Shown: positions 23,921 through 64,000 of the stretch, in pieces | How positions within the stretch are numbered: position 1 is the stretch's first letter | How the letters are laid out: every line of letters starts with the position of its first letter | From: Macrostomum hystrix | Lineage: Eukaryota; Animalia; Platyhelminthes | DNA: 64,000 bases | Assembly: GCA_950097015.1 (NCBI GenBank) | Contig: CATNEN010000038.1 | Coordinates: forward strand, 11,160,001 to 11,224,000 | Direction of reading: 5' to 3' | The notes under the pieces: generated by a model | Told to the model about the DNA's origin: nothing | Database searches by the model: none | What the model saw: the letters and a program-made list of their open reading frames with translations, nothing else | Translations under genes and position numbers: made by a program

Positions 23921-24336
23921 TTATTCAGGCCTCTCAACACGAGACGTCTGCGGCGATAACGGTGCCAGGCCACCCGTCGACCAAGTCGCCGTCGACAGCC
24001 AGCTTGACGCCGCTCCGACCCGCGTCGCGACAACGTCTGCTCCAGTTGGAGCAGAACACGATCGATTGTAGATGCCGGCGGTTGTTGAAGATGTTGACTG
24101 CTCAGCCAGCTGCTGCGGCTGTTGCTGAATATAGCAACGGCGAGGCTGCTGCTGATGATGATGAAGCTGGCTTTGCTGGCCTAACTCAGGCAACGGACGC
24201 TCTCGTCCATAGCGACCGCGTCGATCGCCGCGGGGTTGTCGATCACCGATTGGTTGGCGCAGTTTTGTGCTGCCGAATTTCGTCTGGGCGAATGCGGCCG
24301 CTGTGAAAAAACTGCCAACTGAGCAGCTCTTCTGAA

Positions 24337-24376
<40 letters not shown>

Positions 24377-26131
24377 AGTAGATTGGTTCTGGCACCGCAG
24401 ACTATATAGTACTAGAATTGAACCTGCGAATAATTGACAAGACACTTTAATCAAAAGCTGTTAGACACATCAGTCTAGAGCTGTTAGACACACCAATCTA
24501 GGGCTGCTGGACACACCAATCTGGGGCTGCTGGACACACCAATCTGGGGCTGTTAGACACAAAAATCTGAAGCTGTTAGACACACAAGTCTGGAGCTGTT
24601 AGACACCAATCAAGGGCTGTTAGACACACCAATCTGAAGCAGTTAGACACACCAATCTAGGGCTATTAAACAAAAATCTGAAGCTGTTAGACACACCAAT
24701 CTGGGGCTGTTAGACAAAAATCTGAAGCTGTTAGACACACCAATCTGGGGCTGTTAGACACACTAATGCAGAGCTGTTAGACACACCAATGAGATCTGTT
24801 AGACACACCAATCTAGGGCTATTAGACAAAAATCTGAAGCTGTTAGACACACCAATCTGGGGCTGTTAGACACACCAATCTGGGGCTGTTAGACACACTA
24901 ATGCAGAGCTGTTAGACACACTAATGCAGAGCTGTTAGACACACCAATCTAGGGCTGTTAGACACATCAATCTGGGGCTGTAAGACACACCAATGCACAG
25001 CTGTTAGACACCAATGAGAGCTGTTAGACACACCAATCTAGGGCTGTTAGACACACCAATCTAGGGCTGTTAGACACACCAATCTAGGGCTGTTAGACAC
25101 GCCAATCTAGGGCTGTTAGACACGCCAATCTAGGGCTGTTAGACACGCCAATCTAGGGCTGTTAGGCACACCAATCTGGGGCTGTTAGACACACCAATGA
25201 GAGCTGTTAGACACACCAATGCACAGCTGTTAGACACCAATGAGAGCTGTTAGACACACCAATCTAGGGCTGTTAGACACACCAATCTAGGGCTGTTAGA
25301 CACACCAATCTAGGGCTGTTAGACACGCCAATCTAGGGCTGTTAGACACGCCAATCTAGGGCTGTTAGACACGCCAATCTAGGGCTGTTAGGCACACCAA
25401 TCTGGGGCTGTTAGACACACCAATGAGAGCTGTTAGACACACCAATCTAGGGCTGTTAGACATGCCAATCTATAGCTGTTAGACACGCCAATCTAGGGCT
25501 GTTAGACATGCCAATCTATAGCTGTTAGACACGCCAATCTAGGGCTGTTAGACATGCCAATCTATAGCTGTTAGACACACCAATCTGAAGCTGTTAGACA
25601 CGCCAATCTAGGGCTGTTAGACATGCCAATCTATAGCTGTTAGACACGCCAATCTAGGGCTGTTAGACACGCCAATCTATAGCTGTTAGACACGCCAATC
25701 TGGGGCTGTTAGACACGCCAATCTGAAGCTGTTAGACAGATTAATTAAAAGCTGTTAGGCGCATTTATTAAAAGATGTTAGGCACACGAATCACACCAAT
25801 TAGACAGCTAGGCAAGCAGCTCACCAGTCTCTCCCAGCCGATAAGTGACTTGGCCGGGTTCCAGCCACAATGTCAGCTTGTCTGGCAGCACAGCCAGAAC
25901 CTCTGCGGGGTCAAGGCCGACTTCCCATACCGCGGCGACTAGCAGCGCATCCGGCTGACTGCCGCTGACAGCCAGGCTGTAAAACGATTTATCGTCGGGC
26001 AGTCGCTCGGCCAGCCGAGCGCTCAGCGATTTCTCGAGCTCTTCAGCCAGCATCTGCACCCGCCGCCTTGGCAGCCGGCCGTACAGGAATGACGCCACTA
26101 GGCCTGCCGCTGCTGAGGCTTCGCTGTCCAT
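23921..26131 (-). CDS. TOB: Tob/BTG family antiproliferative protein; exons 26131-25825 and 24423-23921
   Basis: FLYGRLPRRRVQMLAEELEKSL, LPDKLTLWLEPGQVTYRLGETG|SILVLY and FTAAAFAQTKFGSTKLR match Tob motifs; phase-1 GT-AG intron; poly-Q tract. Confidence 0.9.
24338..24376 (-). repeat. Coding (CAG)n poly-glutamine tract in Tob
   Basis: About 13 CTG units on the + strand. Confidence 0.9.
24457..25810. repeat. 23-bp minisatellite (GCTGTTAGACACACCAATCTAGG)n filling the Tob intron
   Basis: Occupies nearly all of intron 24424-25824. Confidence 0.97.
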
Positions 26132-26199
26132 GGGTTCGAATCTCTAGGTGGGCGTGACTGTCAATGCCGTGGATAATTGAGAGGCTGCAGATTTCTACA

Positions 26200-27420
26200 A
26201 ACCTGCCCAAATCTACCCCAATCTACCCCAACCTACCCCCAATATACCCCTGTCTACCTCAATCTACCCCAATCTACCCCAATCTACCCCAATCTACCCC
26301 AATCTACCCCAATCTACCCCAATCTACACCCAATATACCCCTGTCTACCTCAATCTACCCCAATCTACCCCAATCTACCCCAATCTTCCCCAATCTACCG
26401 AAATCTACCCCAACCTACCCCCAATATACCCCTGTCTACCTCAATCTACCCCAATCTACCCCAATCTACCCCAATCTACCCCAATCTACCCCAATCTACC
26501 CCAATCTACACCCAATATACCCCTGTCTACCTCAATCTACCCCAATCTACCCCAATCTACCCCAATCTTCCCCAATCTACCGAAATCTACCCCAACCTAC
26601 CCCCAATATACCCCTGTCTACCTCAATCTACCCCAATCTACCCCAATCTACCCCAATCTACCCCAATCTACCCCAGTCTACCCCAATCTACACCCAATAT
26701 ACCCCTGTCTACCTCAATCTACCCCAATCTACCCCAATCTACCCCAATCTTCCCCAATCTACCGAAATCTACCCCAACCTACCCCCAATATACCCCTGTC
26801 TACCTCAATCTACCCCAATCTACCCCAATCTACCCCAATCTACCCCAATCTACCCCAATCTACCCCAATCTACACCCAATATACCCCTGTCTACCTCAAT
26901 CTACCCCAATCTACCCCAATCTACCCCAATCTACCCCAACCTACCCCAATCTACCCCAATCTACCCCAATCTACCCCAATCTACCCCAATCTACCCCAAT
27001 CTACCCCAACCTACCCCAATCTACCCCAATCTTCCCCAATCTACCGAAATCTACCGCAATCTACCCCAATCTACCCCAACCTACCCCAATCTACCCCAAT
27101 CTACCCCAATCTACCCCAACCTACCCCAATCTACCCCAATCTACCCCAATCTACCCCAATCTACTCCAATCTACCCCAATCTACCCCAATCTACCCCAAT
27201 CTACCCCAACCTACTCCAATCTACCCCAATCTACCCCAATCTACCCCAATCTACCCCAACCTACCCCAATCTACCCCAATCTTCCCCAATCTACGGAAAT
27301 CTACCGCAATCTACCCCAATCTACCCCAACCTACCCCAATCTACCCCAATCTACCCCAATCTACCCCAATCTACCCCAATCTACCCCAATCTACCCCAGT
27401 CTACCCCAGCCTACCTTAAT
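26200..27420. repeat. 10-bp repeat (CTACCCCAAT)n with 182-bp higher-order units
   Basis: Variant ccgaaatc at 26398, 26580 and 26762. Confidence 0.97.
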
Positions 27421-27984
27421 CTATATCAATCTATCCTTTCACTGCTTTTACAGACATCTCTCTGCTTTTTCTCTCAATTGAGTTTCTCACACCTCAGTCG
27501 GTGACAAACTGTGAGTAGTCAACTGTGATTGCCGGGGTCACGAATTTATTGGCTCAACTAAGACTCATACAGTGAAGTCTTCTTGAGAACACGATCAAAT
27601 AAGTTGATTATACAGTACTCACAATACTAGTACCAAGACGTCAAAAAGGTTCTCTGAAACATACTTTTTCTTTATTTTAGATACTTTCCTAATCAGATTA
27701 CTGAGATTTCGTTTTGACACTGCGACACATGACACTGCTGATGATGACAGCATCGTCGGAATTCATAGAACAACTTGACAGAAGACAAGACAGGAGACAG
27801 GAACCGAACAGTTCTTAGCTAGCTTGCCAATAATTCATCAATCTTTATTAGGGAGGTGGCATGTTTGCCGCACCTAATACTCATCGTAAAGGCTGCTCAC
27901 GATTTATTTTTTAACAAATAATTTGCTGCACTGTCAACGGCCCTATGGAAATATATTGGAATATCTTATTTCACAGTACCCAAA

Positions 27985-28750
27985 CTCTCACCTTAAATCT
28001 CTTACAGTCTCACCCTACTCTCATTGTCTCACCTTAGCACACTCACGTCTCACTCTAACTCTCTCACAGTCTCACCCTAACTCTCTCCCAGTCTCACCCT
28101 AAATCTCTCTCAAAGTCTCACCCTAACTCTCTCACAGTCTCACCCTAACTCTCTTGCAGTCTCACCCTAACTCTCTCTCACAGTCTCACCCTAACTCTCT
28201 CACAGTCTCACCCTAACTCTCTCACAGTCTCACCCTAACTCTCTCTCACAGTCTCACCCTAACTCTCTCACAGTCTCACCCTAACTCTCTCACAGTCTCA
28301 CCCTAACTCTCTCACAGTCTCACCCTAACTCTCTCACAGTCTCACCCTAACTCTCTCACAGTCTCACCCTAAATCTCTCACAGTCTCGCCCTAACTCTCT
28401 CACAGTCTCACCCTAACTCTCTCACAGTCTCACCCTAACTCTCTCACAGTCTCACCCTAACTCTCTTGCAGTCTCACCCTAAATCTCTCTCACAGTCTCA
28501 GCCTAACTCTCTCACAGTCTCACCCTAACTCTCTCACAGTCTCACCCTAACTCTCTCACAGTCTCACCCTAACTCTCTCACAGTCTCACCCTAACTCTCT
28601 CACAGTCTCACCCTAACTCTCTCACAGTCTCACCCTAACTCTCTCACAGTCTCACCCTAACTCTCTCACAGTCTCACCCTAACTCTCTCACAGTCTCACC
28701 CGATCTCTTTTTTACAGTCTTACCCAAAATCTCTCAGAGTCTCACCCTGA
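27985..28750. repeat. 22-bp minisatellite (CACAGTCTCACCCTAACTCTCT)n
   Basis: Direct; each unit contains CCCTAA. Confidence 0.95.
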
Positions 28751-29169
28751 CAGGAGTAAAATTATGTAAAGCATTTCCCTACCTTGATAGTGGTTCGTCT
28801 CAGCCGCTTATCAGTTCAATCGAAGTTTAAGAAACTCTAATATTCCTAGGCCCAGAAACTGAGAGAAGACACCGAGGTATGGTAACCTCGCGCTGCCAAC
28901 GCCACGCCAGGAAAAAAAATTAAATATTCTCAAGGTTTTCTGGGCACTCGTTGCTTCAGACTGGGGAGTGATCCTATTGGCCCAGCTGCGGAATTCAGCT
29001 CGAAAGGAGATCGGCTTTTGAGCTTGTAAGCTCACCGATTGAGAACATAAAGAATGCTCTACGCGCTCGTCACTGCTGGAGTACAAGTATTTGAGCAATT
29101 TTAACTCACTAAGCGATTGAGTAACAACAAGTAATGCTCGAGTTTAATTGGAAAACCTCTTTCTAACTC

Positions 29170-29522
29170 GTCTCCTCTCCCCTCTCTCTCCTCTCCTCTC
29201 TCCTCTCTCCTCTCCTCTCTCCTCCCCTCTCCCCTCTCCTCCCCTCTCTCCTCCCCTCACTCCTCTCCCCTCTCCTCTCCCCTCTCCTCTCTCCTCCCCT
29301 CTCTCCCCCTCTCTTCACACTCTCTTTCCCGTCTCTCATCTCCTCTCCCCTCTCCTCTCTCCTCCCCTCTCTCCTCTACTCGCTCCTCGCCTTTCTCCTC
29401 CCTATCTCCTCCCTCTCTCCTTCACTCTCTCCTCCCCTCTCTCCCCCTCTCTCCCCGTCTCTCCACACTCTCTTTCCCGTCTCTCCTTCCCATTGTCCTC
29501 CTCTTTCTCCTCCTCTCTCCCT
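29170..29522. repeat. C/T low-complexity tract
   Basis: Nearly pure polypyrimidine. Confidence 0.9.
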
Positions 29523-29901
29523 ACATTTTTTGCTCAGCAATCTTCCTCTGCAAATAGTTACACCAAGTCGTATTTAACTGGCTTAAAAAATTCGATCCTT
29601 TTTTACAGTCATTATCACATATCTGCCTTTTCAAACATTTTACGTGAATAAAAATAAAAATAAAACAAGACAAACGATTTTCGGATTTCTGTCAAGAGAC
29701 CGGAAGCCAGTGTTTTTGCTTGCTCTTAAAGCAGCAGCTCTGGCCTGGAATAACATTTAGACAAGCAGACAAATGTTTGTCAAGTATACAAGCAGTAAAA
29801 ATTGTTTGATAAAAGAGTGTAGGAAAAACATAACAATTAAAAGTAGGTGCCCACCAAAATATTGACTCAAAACAGAAGCGAAGAAGTCACTCACGGAAAA
29901 A

Positions 29902-30618
29902 GGACACTGACAGACACTTACAGACACCGACAGACACTGACAGACACCGACAGACACTGACAGACACTAACAGACAATGACAGACACCGACAGACACTGA
30001 CAGACACCGACAGACAATGATAGACACAAACAGACAATGACAGACAGTGACAGACACTGACAGGCACTGACAGACACTGATAGACACTGACAGACACTGA
30101 TAGACACTGACAGGCACTGACAGACACTGACAGACACCGACAGACACTGATAGACACTAACAGACACTGACAGGCACTGACAGACACTGACAGACACCGA
30201 CAGACACTGATAGACACTAACAGACAATGACAGACAGTGACAGACACTGACAGACACTGACAGACACTGACAGACAGTGACAGACAGTGACAGACAATGG
30301 CAGACAGTGACAGACAATGACAGACAGTGACAGACACTGACAGACACTGACAGACACTGACAGACACCGACAGACACTGACAGACACTGATAGACACTGA
30401 CAGGCACTTACAGACACTGACAGACACTGACAGACACTGACAGACACTGACAGACACTGACAGACACTGACAGACAGTGACAGACAGTGACAGACACTGA
30501 CAGACAGTGACAGACAGTGACAGACAGTGACAGACACTGACAGACACTGACAGACAGTGACAGACACTGACAGACACTGACAGACACTGACAGACACTGA
30601 CAGACACCGACAGACACT
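29902..30618. repeat. 10-bp repeat (CAGACACTGA)n
   Basis: Direct. Confidence 0.97.
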
Positions 30619-31132
30619 GTCTGTCTCACTGTCTGTCTCACTGTCTGTCTCACTGTCATAATTTATATTTTGTCTGTCTCATATGGAATATCTGTTCCTC
30701 TAAACGGAGTTTGTATAATATCCCAAAAAAAATTTTCTAGGTGAAAATTATTTATTTATAAATTTAAATTTTGCGATCAGCTATTTTCGATAAGTAATTT
30801 TAAGTCAAATCTGCCATTTCACATTATTTAATCATGGACTGAAAAATGATTCCCAAATCATGCTCAGAATGTTATTCATATTCGTTCCTGTATCTGACAT
30901 GTGTTCCCAGATTTTCGCAAAAATCTTACACTTCATTATTACCTCTTTCTGTGTGTAACTAGCAGCGATTTGGTCTCACCGCCCCAGTTTGCTGACATCT
31001 TCAGATTCCGGTAGCCGTCCCATCAGATACATCGTTCTGTCACTTTCCGAGTGCCTCATGAAAAGGCAGACAAGTTATCGAATTTGCTTTTCATTAACTC
31101 GTTGACTGGTTCGGACATACTGAGAGGTAGAA

Positions 31133-31702
31133 ACACTTACGGACACTGACAGACACTGACAGACACTGACAGACAGTGACAGACAGTGACAGACAGTGAC
31201 AGATACTGAAAGACACTTACAGACACTGACAGACACTGACAGACACTGACAGACAGTGACAGACAGTGACAGATACTGAAAGACACTTACAGACGCTGAC
31301 AGACACTGACAGACAGTGACAGACAGTGACAGATACTGAAAGGCAATTACAGACGCTGACAGACACTGACAGAAAGTGACAGACAGTGACAGAACAGCGA
31401 CAGACACCGACAGATACTGAAAGACACTTACAGACGCTGACAGACACTGACAGACACTGACAGACAGTGACAGACGCTGACAGACACTGACAGACAGTGA
31501 CAGACACTGACAGACACTGACAGACACCGACAGACACCGACAGATACTGAAAGACACTTACAGACACTGACATACACTGACAGACAGTGACAGAAACTGA
31601 CAGACAGTGACAGACACTGACAGATACTGACAGAACAGCGACAGACACCGACAGATACTGAAAGACACTGACAGACAGTGACAGACACTGACAGACACTG
31701 AC
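31133..31702. repeat. Second block of (CAGACACTGA)n
   Basis: Direct. Confidence 0.95.
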
Positions 31703-33921
31703 ATGTACCCGTGGACACCTTTTCTCGTCCGATTTTTTTTGGCAAGAGAATCGTGAAATTCCTTTTTGTCTGTCCGTCACTATCAGATTGTGCCGAAGCC
31801 TAAGGGCATTCAATTTCAGGCCCAGCTTTTTTACCTTTATTTGACAGTCTGCAGTTGACGTGGTATTTTTTGCAAATTGATAGTGAGGTCTCAGAAGAAT
31901 TCGAATTAAGAAAAAATTCTTTCGAATTGCTCCAAATTTAGACCGACTGCACCTCCCCCCGGTGTTGGGGTCGCAGCTGCTCATTGACGGAATGGGAAAT
32001 TGTCGAGTCCCATATTTTAAACCGCTTGAGGCAGGTCTCCAATATCTGGACCAGTTTTCATTAACGCGAGAGACGCAATTTTATGTCTCACACGATAGCA
32101 AGGAGCAATTATGGAACACTCAGAATAGCGGAAAGCATGGCCGACTTACTGGGATTTTGCTTAAAAGCGTTCCCGGCTGACTTATTCACCTCTTTCCGCT
32201 GAATTCGAATGTGTACCGCCTCTTTTCAAAGCAGAATTTAGTTTATACTAAAGAATCTACTTTCGAATTAGGCACACAGAAAAAATCGAATGCATTGTGT
32301 TTTCGTTGACGTCTTTACTTTTTTAATAATTTAGCAGCATCAACATGAATAGCCCGACTTCTTAGCCAACCCGTTTTGACTACAGAACAGTTTCAGACCG
32401 TTTGGGATCGGCATTAACAAAAAACAAAAAGCGCAACTTTTTGCTTTTACGTAGTTTTCTCAAACAATAAAACAAACTTTTATAAACAAATGTACTAAAT
32501 ATCAATAAATAAAAAAGTTAGAATAAAAATAAGAGGAAATTAATTTAATAAATTTATTTTTTGTTAGAACTTTTAAATATGATTTTACAAAGCAATTGGT
32601 TTTCATTTTAAGCTCGGATTTAAAAAAGCATTCGAGTTTTCGCTCGACAACGTTCTTACCGTTCCTTTGAGCAGGTTAGCTAAAAAGAAGTATCGGAAAG
32701 GACTAACAGAAGGTCTTTTGATTTTTTTGCTTAGATTCTTCACTTGATTTTTTAATTTAATTTTTCAGTTATATTTATTTTCTTACTTTTCTACATCTTT
32801 CAGATGTAGTTTTAGATGCAATATTTTAATAGCATCAATTTAGTTAATTTAAATTTTACAGGCTGAGACCATTGCAGCGTTTAAACCTTTAGTTCCAGTT
32901 GCTTTTTAGATGGTTCGCTATTAGGTAATGCAATATTTAACTAATATGATGTAAAAATATGATAAACACAGCCTTTGACATAATAGTTGTAGAATCGTCA
33001 TGTGCTTTTTTAACACAGTTAAATTTTTTTTGTATTGTAATTCTTCTATGTGCTTCATCTCTCAATTATGGTAAATAATATTTTTGTTGTTTTTAATTTG
33101 TTTCTATTTGTCTTATTTGATACTTAGCTTTATAAATTTAAAAATATTATTTTTACAGGAGGAACGATTCTTCGAGCTCATTATAGCAACAATTGGTAAA
33201 ATTTTGTTGTGTCGAGATGAAAGTAGTTATTTTTTATTAAAAAAGAGATAACATTTTCAATGGAAATAAAATAATCATACTATTATCAAAGCAAATAATT
33301 ATGAAAATAATTGACGATTTATACTTTTATAACATCCTCCTCCATAAACGTTGCAGCAATCACCATTCGTTCAATACAATTTTCGCCTACTAAATTGTAA
33401 CTTGAAAAAACTTTTGGCGAAGGTTCTCAAACCTTCTCATTCAGGACTGCAGACTTGGCTGGGTTTTATCCCTAATCAGATTCAACATGAGTTTTTCGAC
33501 AGACGCTGATTTTAGGACATAACTAAATTTCATACTTTCGATAGAATTTCTATGGTGCTCCTTAATTTCAACCGAACCAAGCGACCTAGCGACAGCTTGG
33601 CGTTCGCTGCGAGGTTTCCATGGAAACGGCGCCGGTTGACTGTAAGATTTTCGCAGTCTGAATTTCGCGCGAATTCTTCTTCGGTAAGACATTTTTAAAA
33701 CTATTCTTATCTAAAATAAACTAAAACCAAATTGATTCAAATGGCTGTGAAACCAACAAACAATAACTATTTAAAGCGGCATTTTTACACGAGCATTGCC
33801 AAAATCCCAAATAATCGAAATCTTGATTCATAGACAGCAGAGTTCAATAAAAACACGACTCACCGAACGAAATCTCAATCGCCTGTTATCACGATTTATT
33901 TTTTATTCAGGAATTCCCAGA

Positions 33922-34480
33922 TCACTGGAATCCCATTTCACTGAAATCCCATTTCACTGAAATCCCATTTCACTGAAATCCAATTTTTATTGAAATTCCG
34001 TTTCACTGAAATCCCTTTTTATTGAAATCCCTTTTTATTGGAATCCCGTTTCACTGAAATCCAATTTTTATTGAAATCCCCTTTTTATTAGAATCCATTT
34101 TTTATTGAAATTCCGTTTCACTGAAATCCCATTTTTATTTAAATCACATTTTTTGGAATCCCATTTTTATTGGAATCCTATTTTTATTGGAATCCCATTT
34201 TTATTGAAATCCCATTTCATTGGAATCCCATTTTTATTGATCTCCCGTTTTACTGAAATCCCATTTTAATTGAAATCCCATTTCACTGAAATCCCATTTT
34301 TATTGAAATCCTTTTTTTATTGGAATCCTATCTTTTATTGAAATATTTTTTTATTGAAATCCCATTTCATTGGAATCCCATTTTTATTGAAATCCCGTTT
34401 CACTGAAATCCCATTTTAATTGAAATCCCATTCCACTAAAATCCACTAAAATCCACTGAAATCTCATTTTTACTTAAATC
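33922..34480. repeat. Diverged 20-22-bp minisatellite (TGAAATCCCATTTTTAT / TTTCAC)n
   Basis: Direct. Confidence 0.9.
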
Positions 34481-35093
34481 CAAAATTTTACTAGGGCAAC
34501 GAAAAAATAAAATGTTGCTTTTTTACAAAAGTCTGACGGGAAACTATGCCTAAATTATAAACGCTAAAACGCACCTTATATTTAGTGTTCTAATGCCACA
34601 TCAAAGGGGTACTATTGACAGGGTCAAGTAGTGGACATTCCTAGAAAACACCACCGTACTCATTCTTCAACTGTATTGTGTTTTGCCATGGGTCTTCAAT
34701 ATTTCAATAAGATTTCATTGCTACCATTTCGGCATTTCTTCCATGAGGTTGGGGTCACTGAGAGAGACAAGAAAGATTGAGAAAATAGACAATGCTTTCA
34801 TAAATGACTCTCTATTGTCCGAAACTCTTTTCATAAGACTAGCTAAAAGATGAAATAAAAAATGGTTTCTAATTATTCCACTTGCTCGAAAGGCAACAAA
34901 TATATATATAGCAAAGCTGTCAGCAGTTCTACGCCCCACAAATGGCGAACATTGAGCTTAAAAAATATCAACTATAGAGACAACATTGCTAGGATTGGCG
35001 CATAGATACAGAACACACACTAGCTAAATATACACAATTAGCTCATTCAAAAAGCATCATGTGAGGCATTGGGAATATTGTCATAGGACAATA

Positions 35094-64000
<28,907 letters not shown>

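Noticed and set aside
26132-26142. GGTTCGAATC B-box-like motif
   Set aside because: Sits in the Tob start context with no A box or cloverleaf.

Overview
Eukaryotic (animal) genomic DNA with short GT-AG introns, GC-rich exons and a very high load of simple-sequence and minisatellite arrays; the style suggests a flatworm such as Macrostomum (inference only). Manually spliced gene models: three divergent caspase-fold genes in tandem on the minus strand (3.9-8.6 kb), none with an intact His/Cys dyad; an MPHOSPH9-like gene (-); a ZNF106-like zinc-finger/WD40 gene (+); a Tob/BTG gene (-); and a large multi-exon spectrin-repeat-like gene (+, 35 kb to beyond the window end) whose intron contains a complete antisense kinesin light chain gene. 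Mobile DNA: a 5'-truncated Penelope-like insertion with an inverted pseudo-LTR and two minimal hammerhead ribozyme motifs, two copies of a hAT (Charlie/Buster-type) MITE carrying a minisatellite (about 0.2 kb in one copy, about 5.2 kb in the other), and three copies of a tRNA-derived SINE. Most long ORFs in the track are translated tandem repeats. All family assignments come from remembered motifs, not database searches.
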